A stretch of DNA of 56,532 nt. Origin: Ferroacidibacillus organovorans (GTDB taxonomy: Bacteria; Bacillota; Bacilli; Alicyclobacillales; SLC66). Under the pieces are notes generated by a model. It was given only the letters and a program-made list of their open reading frames with translations, had not been told where the DNA came from and made no database searches. Where the stretch lies: positions 62,001-118,532 of the forward strand of contig NZ_LSUQ01000005.1 of the NCBI RefSeq assembly GCF_001642725.1. Reading direction: 5' to 3'. The translations under genes and the position numbers were made by a program. Positions within the stretch are counted from its first letter, which is position 1. The number at the start of each line of letters is the position of its first letter. Positions 48,305-56,532 of this stretch are shown piece by piece.

Positions 48305-48847
48305 ATGTTTAGCTACAGCGTCAATGCGGACACGCAAATGAGGTTGTTGGAAATCCGAGATGCGGATCCGCTCTTTGCCCTGTTAGACCAGTCGCGCAGT
48401 TATCTACGGGAATGGCTGCCTTTTGTGGACGGGACGCGCGCCGTCGAGGACACAAAAGATTTCATCCAGGGTGGGTTGCAACAATACGCATCCAACAACG
48501 GTGGTGAACTGGGAATATGGTATCGCGGCGAACTCGCGGGGGTCCTCGGTCTCCACTACATCCATGGGTCGAATCGACTGACGAGTATCGGGTATTGGAT
48601 GGGTGAGAGGTTTCAAGGCAAAGGCATCATGACAAACGCTTGCCGTGCGCTTATTGACATCCTTTTCAAGGAGTACGGATTGAACCGTGTTGAAATACGG
48701 GTCGCTCCTCAAAACCTGAAGAGCAGGGCCATTCCTGAGCGGTTGGGATTTCAAAATGAAGGATGCAGACGGCAAGCCGAATGGTTGTATGACCATTATG
48801 TTGATCACGTGATCTACGGCATGCTTGCGCAGGATTGGAAGGCTTGA
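48305..48847 (+). CDS. RimJ/RimL-family GNAT acetyltransferase (YdaF-like)
   Basis: LREWLPFVD, IGYW...FQGKGIMT, NLKSRAIPERLGF motifs. Confidence 0.93.
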   Translation: MFSYSVNADTQMRLLEIRDADPLFALLDQSRSYLREWLPFVDGTRAVEDTKDFIQGGLQQYASNNGGELGIWYRGELAGVLGLHYIHGSNRLTSIGYWMGERFQGKGIMTNACRALIDILFKEYGLNRVEIRVAPQNLKSRAIPERLGFQNEGCRRQAEWLYDHYVDHVIYGMLAQDWKA

Positions 48848-48913
48848 ACGGATGGGTCGCATCATTTTGCCACATCGCTGCAACGCCGCATTTATGGAAT
48901 GTGAAATGAGGAA

Positions 48914-50209
48914 ATGAGCATCGAATCGTTAACCCCCGCACCATCAGCACCATCAATGCACAACGACGCAGCGCGCCACACCTCGGGGCTGTTCAGCCCG
49001 CTACGCCAATCCCGCAATTTTACAGCGTTGTGGCTCGGCCAATCGCTGTCTCAGTTTGGCGACTCAGTATTATGGGTCACGTTGCCATTGGCGGTGTTTC
49101 ACACGTCGAATTCTACGGTACAACTCGGGATCATCATGGGTCTTTTTATGCTGCCGCAAGTTGTGCTGCTGCCGTTTACCGGAATTCTTGCAGACCGGAT
49201 CTCTCGAATCAAGGCCATGATGGTCACGGACGTCGTGCGCTTGCTGCTTGTTGTTGTGCTCGCGATGCTCTATGTGGCGCGACTGATGGACACGCGCATC
49301 TTAGGCGTCTTTGTGCTGATGTATGGAGCGATGGAAGCGGTCTTTAATCCGGCTTATTCGGGCGCGCGTCAGCAGGTGTTCACGCCGGAGATCCGCAGTG
49401 CGGCCATCTCGCTCACGCAGATCACTATACAGAGCGCGCGCCTTCTCGGCCCTGCGCTCGGCGGAGCACTTGTTGGCCTGGCAACGCCTGCCGCCGGTTT
49501 CTTGCTTGACGCATTGATGTTGCTCGCGTCGGTCGTCAGTCTGCTCTTTTTGCGCATCCCTCCTCCGCAGAAAGATGCGGCGTCGCTACAAGGGACAGGG
49601 ATGCGCGGCTACTTTCATGAACTGCTCGGTGGCTACCATGAACTCCGGAAGCATCCGTGGCTGTGGATCACGATTGTGGCGTTCGCCTTTTTAAGCATTG
49701 CGAGCGCGGGGCTGGCCACCATCCTCGTGCCGTGGCTTGTCAAAGTCCATCTGCATCTTTCAGATTTCACCTATGGTCTCGTGAGCAGCGCCTCGGGCGT
49801 CGGCGCCATCGCCGCGGCGTTCGTCTATAGCCGCAAAAGACAGTGGGGGCATCGGGCGTACCTTGCGTACGGCGGCTTGGCCGCCAACGCATTGGCGCTG
49901 TTTGGACTTACGTTCGCGCATACAACGTGGATGCTCATGGCAATCATGGCCGTGGCGAGTGCGGGTTCCATGATGTTTGGCGTGGTGTGGGAGGGAAGCA
50001 TGCAAGAGTTGGTAGCCCCTGAGGCGTACGGACGCGCTGCAAGCCTTGATTATTTCGGCTCGTGGGTGCTTCTGCCCGTCGGCAATGTCCTGATCGGGTG
50101 GCTCGCCTCGCGCGTGGGCGGGATTCACACCGTCTGGGCTGCGTCTCTTTTTATGGTGATGATCACGGTCATCACCATGTCCGTACCGGCCGTCCGTCGA
50201 TTCAATTAG
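48914..50209 (+). CDS. MFS transporter (DHA3/H+ antiporter-like)
   Basis: NFTALWLGQSLSQFGD, GILADRISR, ARLLGPALGG motifs. Confidence 0.92.
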   Translation: MSIESLTPAPSAPSMHNDAARHTSGLFSPLRQSRNFTALWLGQSLSQFGDSVLWVTLPLAVFHTSNSTVQLGIIMGLFMLPQVVLLPFTGILADRISRIKAMMVTDVVRLLLVVVLAMLYVARLMDTRILGVFVLMYGAMEAVFNPAYSGARQQVFTPEIRSAAISLTQITIQSARLLGPALGGALVGLATPAAGFLLDALMLLASVVSLLFLRIPPPQKDAASLQGTGMRGYFHELLGGYHELRKHPWLWITIVAFAFLSIASAGLATILVPWLVKVHLHLSDFTYGLVSSASGVGAIAAAFVYSRKRQWGHRAYLAYGGLAANALALFGLTFAHTTWMLMAIMAVASAGSMMFGVVWEGSMQELVAPEAYGRAASLDYFGSWVLLPVGNVLIGWLASRVGGIHTVWAASLFMVMITVITMSVPAVRRFN

Positions 50210-50223
50210 AATTTCCCGCTCAT

Positions 50224-50253
50224 TTGACGCCCCACTTTTTAAGGTGGTATAGT
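50224..50253 (+). promoter_or_regulatory. Sigma-A promoter for tRNA-Pro
   Basis: TTGACG-18 nt-TATAGT with TG extension. Confidence 0.8.
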
Positions 50254-50265
50254 AGTCAACGTCGA

Positions 50266-50342
50266 CGGAATGTAGCTCAGGTTGGTAGAGCGCACGGTTC
50301 GGGACCGTGAGGCCGCAGGTTCGAATCCTGTCATTCCGACCA
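50266..50342 (+). tRNA. tRNA-Pro (CGG)
   Basis: CGGAATG acceptor stem, CACGG-ttCGGga-CCGTG arm, GTTCGAATC, encoded CCA. Confidence 0.96.
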
Positions 50343-50426
50343 TTGTGCATGGCCCGCTCAGTAAACAGCTTCTTTGTTTACAGAAGCGGGCTTCTTCTTA
50401 TTTTTAAGCGTGTGGAGAGATGAACG

Positions 50427-50948
50427 GTGAACGAACACATAGAGCATGAAACCGCACAAGTCGGCGTCATTATGGGGAGCGCGTCCGATTTTGAGACGAT
50501 GAATCATGCTATTCAGATTCTAAAATCGTTTGGCGTCGCGTATGAAACGGAGATCGTATCGGCGCATCGCACGCCAGACAAGCTGTTCTCCTACGCAAAG
50601 ACGGCGCGCGAGCGCGGGCTGCGCGTGATTATCGCCGGCGCGGGTGGCGCGGCGCATCTTCCTGGAATGACTGCCGCCATGACGACGCTTCCAGTTATCG
50701 GAGTGCCTGTGCAGTCAAAGGCACTTCAGGGACTCGACAGTCTGCTCTCCATCGTTCAGATGCCGGGCGGCATCCCCGTGGCGACGGTTGCGATCGGGGC
50801 AGCGGGCGCGAAGAACGCGGGCCTGCTTGCCGTGTCGATCCTCGCGTTGCAAGAGGTCGAACTCGCGATAAAGCTTGAAGCATACCGCGAAACCCAGCGC
50901 GACGCGGTGCTTGCGACGTCACTGCCAGAGGGAGGCGTGGAGTCGTGA
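50427..50948 (+). CDS. purE: N5-CAIR mutase
   Basis: [30 protein letters not shown] motifs. Confidence 0.98.
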   Translation: MNEHIEHETAQVGVIMGSASDFETMNHAIQILKSFGVAYETEIVSAHRTPDKLFSYAKTARERGLRVIIAGAGGAAHLPGMTAAMTTLPVIGVPVQSKALQGLDSLLSIVQMPGGIPVATVAIGAAGAKNAGLLAVSILALQEVELAIKLEAYRETQRDAVLATSLPEGGVES

Positions 50949-52135
50949 AAAAGAGTGAGAAGCCGTTTGTTCTTGGTCTGCTTGGCGACGGGCAGCTCGC
51001 GCAAATGACTGCGCTTGCCGCGCGCTCGCTCGGCATGAAAACGCACGTTTTTGCATCGAGTCGCGAAAACCCAGCCGCGTTCGTGGCGGACGAGGTGACA
51101 CTCGGCGATCTCGCGGATGAGGCAGCGCTCGTGTCGTTCGCAAAAAGCGTGGATGCGCTCACCTATGACACAGAGAATCTACCTTATGAGGCCATTTGCA
51201 AAGCGGCCGCGCAGACACCCGCCTTTCCCGACCCAAACATCCTGCACATTGCGCAGCATCGCATCCGCGAGCGCACCTTTTTGGCTACGTTAGGCATCCC
51301 CATCCCGGATGTCGCGGTCATCACCTCTGAAGCGGAATGTGAGCACGCGACGCGTGTGTTCACATTCCCAGCCGTGCTAAAAACGGCCGCGTTTGGATAT
51401 GACGGCAAAGGGCAGCGCGTCGTGCGCGAGGCGAGCGAATTGCGCGACGCGTGGCGCGACCTCGGCGATCAGCCTTGCGTGCTTGAAGCGTTTGTCACTT
51501 TTGAGCGCGAGATGTCGGTGATCGTCGCCCGCGCGCAAACAGGTGAGATGCAGACCTTTGGCGTGATAGACAACGAGCATCGCAATCACATCCTGCACGC
51601 CTCTGTTTCTCCATCGTCACTATCCGCGACGATGCAGCAGGAGGCGCTGCGCATCGCGCAAACGATCGCGGTTTCGCTCAACCTTGTGGGATTGCTCGCC
51701 GTCGAGATGTTCGCCACAGAGGATGGGCGCGTTCTCGTGAATGAGCTCGCGCCGCGTCCCCACAACTCAGGGCACGTTACCCAATGCGCGAATGCGCTCA
51801 GCCAATTTCACAAGCTGTGCCTCGCTGTGAGTGGACAGGCACTCGGCGCGATTGACGCGCGCCCTGGCGTGATGGTCAATCTGCTCGGTGATCTCTTTCC
51901 CGATGGGGTCGAACCGATTTTCCGGCGAGTAGGGTTCGTCGAACCGCCGCTCGCAGCGACGCCTGGCACTGCGGTGACCGCTTACTTTTATGGAAAGCAA
52001 GAGGCGCGTCCGGGGCGCAAAATGGGTCATTTGATCGCCGTCGCCGACACAGTCGCCGACGCATACGAGATGGCGGAGCGCGCATATCAAGTGTACGTTC
52101 ACGCAGCGGCTGTGGCAGGCGGGTCCCGCGTATGA
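50945..52135 (+). CDS. purK: N5-CAIR synthase
   Basis: [33 protein letters not shown] motifs. Confidence 0.96.
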   Translation: MKKSEKPFVLGLLGDGQLAQMTALAARSLGMKTHVFASSRENPAAFVADEVTLGDLADEAALVSFAKSVDALTYDTENLPYEAICKAAAQTPAFPDPNILHIAQHRIRERTFLATLGIPIPDVAVITSEAECEHATRVFTFPAVLKTAAFGYDGKGQRVVREASELRDAWRDLGDQPCVLEAFVTFEREMSVIVARAQTGEMQTFGVIDNEHRNHILHASVSPSSLSATMQQEALRIAQTIAVSLNLVGLLAVEMFATEDGRVLVNELAPRPHNSGHVTQCANALSQFHKLCLAVSGQALGAIDARPGVMVNLLGDLFPDGVEPIFRRVGFVEPPLAATPGTAVTAYFYGKQEARPGRKMGHLIAVADTVADAYEMAERAYQVYVHAAAVAGGSRV

Positions 52136-52593
52136 CCGATGAAGAGGCGCGCGTGATTCTGCGCGAAACACTCACCGACGATGTGATGCGCGAAGAGCGC
52201 TTGCGCGTGATGCGCGCGGTTCGTAACCAGGCGACAACGATGCTAGGGGCGCTCGGCATGCCCCAGCTTCTCGCCGAAGATCGACTCTCTGAGCAGCTTG
52301 CGCGCTACGAGACGGCGCATCACATTCCAGGGGATCATCTGTGGCAGGCGATGCAGTTTTTCTTTCGCGTGGCGCGTGAAGGCGGCGACGAGCAAGACCA
52401 AACGCTGATTGCGCACTATGCGGCGATTGTGCGCCAAACGCTGTTCACACCCGCGTATCGCCGCGCGCCGCAGATTCCCGATCCATTCTGGGAGACGCCG
52501 CTCGGACTGGCCATGCGTTTTGTGGAGCAGGGCGTGACAGCCTGTGCAGACGCGCTGCAAAAACTCGCGAAAGAAGGTGAATCATCATCATGA
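52132..52593 (+). CDS. Hypothetical protein
   Basis: 153 aa, ATGA overlaps with both purK and pcrA. Confidence 0.75.
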   Translation: MTDEEARVILRETLTDDVMREERLRVMRAVRNQATTMLGALGMPQLLAEDRLSEQLARYETAHHIPGDHLWQAMQFFFRVAREGGDEQDQTLIAHYAAIVRQTLFTPAYRRAPQIPDPFWETPLGLAMRFVEQGVTACADALQKLAKEGESSS

Positions 52594-54812
52594 GCGCGAT
52601 GCAACCGGAATCGTTTGATATCCTGGAGGGGTTGAATCCGCAACAGGTACAGGCGGTCATCCACAAGAACGGCCCGCTGCTTATCGTGGCAGGCGCCGGG
52701 AGTGGCAAGACAAGCGTTCTCACGCGCCGCGTCGCCTATCTGATCGAGCACGAGGAGGTTCTCCCGTGGAGCATCCTCGCCATCACGTTTACCAACAAGG
52801 CGGCGCGCGAGATGAAGTCGCGAATGGACAGGCTTGTCGGGCTTCGCGCGAATGACATCTGGGTGTCGACCTTTCACGCGATGTGCGTGCGCATACTGCG
52901 CCGGGAGATTGAGAAGTTGGGGTACACGTCGTCTTTTACGATTCTCGACGCGACCGATCAACTTTCTGCGGTCAGGCGGTGTTGTCAGGAACTCAACATC
53001 GACACCAAGAAGTTTGAACCGCGCAGTCTGCTCGCGGCGATGAGCAGCTACAAAAATGCGCGCATCTCGCCAGGGGCCGCGACGGTAAAGGCTGTCACGC
53101 TTTTTGAGCAGATGGCGGCAAGAGTTTACACGCTCTATCAGCGGCGCCTTAAAGAGCAGAATGCACTTGATTTTGACGATTTGATCGAAAAAACCGTGGA
53201 ACTTTTTACCGAACACGACGATGTGCTCGCGTTTTATCAGCGCAAGTTTCAATATATTTTGGTGGATGAATATCAAGATACAAACCGCAGTCAATATGAA
53301 CTGGTTACGCTCCTTGCCAAACGCCATCGCAACCTGTGTGTCGTCGGCGACGCGGATCAGTCGATCTACGCGTGGCGCGGCGCAGATATTTCAAACATTC
53401 TTTCGTTTGAGAAGGATTATCCTGACGCAGTCGTGGTCAAACTTGAACAGAACTATCGCTCCACACAGTCCATCCTCGATGCGGCGAACGCCGTGATCAA
53501 AAACAACCGCAACCGTCCGGAGAAGCGTTTGTGGACGGCGAATGAAGGCGGTTCGCGGGTGCGGGTGCACATGGCGATGGATGAACGCGAAGAGGCGCGC
53601 TACCTCGTCGAAGAAGCGCAGCGCCTGCACGATGAGCGAGACGTCCCTTATTCCGAGATGGCGGTGCTTTATCGCACGAATGCGCAGTCGCGCGTCGTCG
53701 AGGAATTGTGCCTGCAGGCGGGCATTCCGTACCGGGTCGTTGGCGGCACGCGATTCTATGAGCGAAAAGAGATCAAAGACGTGGTCGCGTACCTTCGCTT
53801 GATTGCCAATCCGCGGGATGACATCGCGTTTTCACGCATCATCAACGAACCGCGGCGTGGCATTGGGGAGGGGACGCTCAGCAAGCTGATGGCTTATGCG
53901 GCGCTTTCTAATGTGTCACTGATCGACGCGATCCACGCGGGGGAAGCGACGGGGCTCAGTCTGCGCTTTCGCGAGGCGCTCGCGGGTTTTGCGCAGATGA
54001 TCGAGACGCTGCACACGATGTCTCAGTACCTCAGTGTGACGGAGTTGGCGGAGGAACTCTATGCGATGAGCGGGTATCGCAGGGTACTCTTGGAGGACAA
54101 GACGATCGAAAGCCAGGCGCGCGTCGAAAACCTGGACGAGTTTCTCTCGCTGACTCAGGAGTTTGACATGACCCATGAGACTGGATCGCTCGTCGATTTT
54201 CTCACGGAGAATGCGCTTGAAACCGACTTGGATCGTGCGCGCAGCGATGAGGATGCGGGTGTCACCCTGATGACCTTGCACAGCGCGAAGGGGCTCGAGT
54301 TTTCGGTCGTCTTTCTCATTGGCATGGAAGAAGGCATCTTCCCGCACAGTCGCGCGGTCGACGATGAGGGTGAGATGGCCGAGGAGCGCCGGCTCTGCTA
54401 TGTGGGCATCACGCGCGCAAAGCAGGAACTGACGCTGTCGTGCGCCTATTCGCGGATGCTTTTCGGGCAGACGCGCGCGAACATGCCGTCGCGGTTTTTA
54501 AAAGAGATTCCTCAGGAACTCGTCGAGCCGATTGGTTATACGCGCCGCGCGGTTGCCGCGCCAGAACGGATGCGTCGCGAGGCGAGTCCAGGTACGTCGG
54601 CGCGAAGCCATGTTCCCCAAGGGTTTGGCGGTGATGTAGCGGCGAACTGGCAAGTAGGTGATTGTGTAGAACACCGCAAGTGGGGTAACGGCATCGTGAC
54701 GCACCTCTCAGGCTCCGGGGATGACATCGAGATCACGGTGACCTTTGACCCGCCCATCGGGTCGCGGAAATTGATGGTGCGGTTTGCACCGATCACGAAG
54801 GTGGAGGGATAG
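52590..54812 (+). CDS. pcrA: ATP-dependent DNA helicase PcrA
   Basis: AGAGSGKT, TFTNKAA, VDEYQD, TLHSAKGLEF, EERRLCYVGITRA motifs; C-terminal Tudor-like domain. Confidence 0.98.
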   Translation: MSAMQPESFDILEGLNPQQVQAVIHKNGPLLIVAGAGSGKTSVLTRRVAYLIEHEEVLPWSILAITFTNKAAREMKSRMDRLVGLRANDIWVSTFHAMCVRILRREIEKLGYTSSFTILDATDQLSAVRRCCQELNIDTKKFEPRSLLAAMSSYKNARISPGAATVKAVTLFEQMAARVYTLYQRRLKEQNALDFDDLIEKTVELFTEHDDVLAFYQRKFQYILVDEYQDTNRSQYELVTLLAKRHRNLCVVGDADQSIYAWRGADISNILSFEKDYPDAVVVKLEQNYRSTQSILDAANAVIKNNRNRPEKRLWTANEGGSRVRVHMAMDEREEARYLVEEAQRLHDERDVPYSEMAVLYRTNAQSRVVEELCLQAGIPYRVVGGTRFYERKEIKDVVAYLRLIANPRDDIAFSRIINEPRRGIGEGTLSKLMAYAALSNVSLIDAIHAGEATGLSLRFREALAGFAQMIETLHTMSQYLSVTELAEELYAMSGYRRVLLEDKTIESQARVENLDEFLSLTQEFDMTHETGSLVDFLTENALETDLDRARSDEDAGVTLMTLHSAKGLEFSVVFLIGMEEGIFPHSRAVDDEGEMAEERRLCYVGITRAKQELTLSCAYSRMLFGQTRANMPSRFLKEIPQELVEPIGYTRRAVAAPERMRREASPGTSARSHVPQGFGGDVAANWQVGDCVEHRKWGNGIVTHLSGSGDDIEITVTFDPPIGSRKLMVRFAPITKVEG

Positions 54813-56532
<1,720 letters not shown>

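Noticed and set aside
49760..50350. 196-aa minus-strand ORF spanning tRNA-Pro
   Set aside because: Antisense to the tRNA and the MFS gene; no independent coding signal

Overview
This is a chromosomal segment of a moderately GC-rich Bacillota genome. Gene content and the low-charge, N/Q/S/T-rich exported proteins suggest an acidophilic Alicyclobacillaceae-like organism (inference only). Core genes: greA 3' end, lysS, a four-tRNA cluster (Gly-GCC, Ile2/Met-CAT, Arg-ACG, Gly-TCC), tRNA nucleotidyltransferase, pepF, archaeal-type proS, a Fur-family regulator, yerC, pcrB, tRNA-Pro-CGG, purE, purK, pcrA and the 5' part of ligA. Accessory blocks: (i) a PD-(D/E)XK nuclease-like gene behind lysS; (ii) a decayed islet behind the tRNAs (MNT, HTH and ADH pseudogenes, two SDRs, an acyl-CoA ligase, a candidate C-rich sRNA); (iii) a DesKR/YvfRSTU-like two-component and ABC module; (iv) a compact sulfation operon (cysC, DHH pAp phosphatase, sulfotransferase, glycosyltransferase); (v) a four-gene, Rieske-less cytochrome b6/subunit-IV-like operon with a large extracytoplasmic domain and a Cys-rich tail, which is the best candidate for an undescribed system; (vi) a GT2-GtrA fusion plus manC; (vii) an M-box riboswitch controlling an NRAMP-related Mg transporter, flanked by two small ORFs missing from the ORF track. 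No CRISPR array, integrase or transposase was seen.
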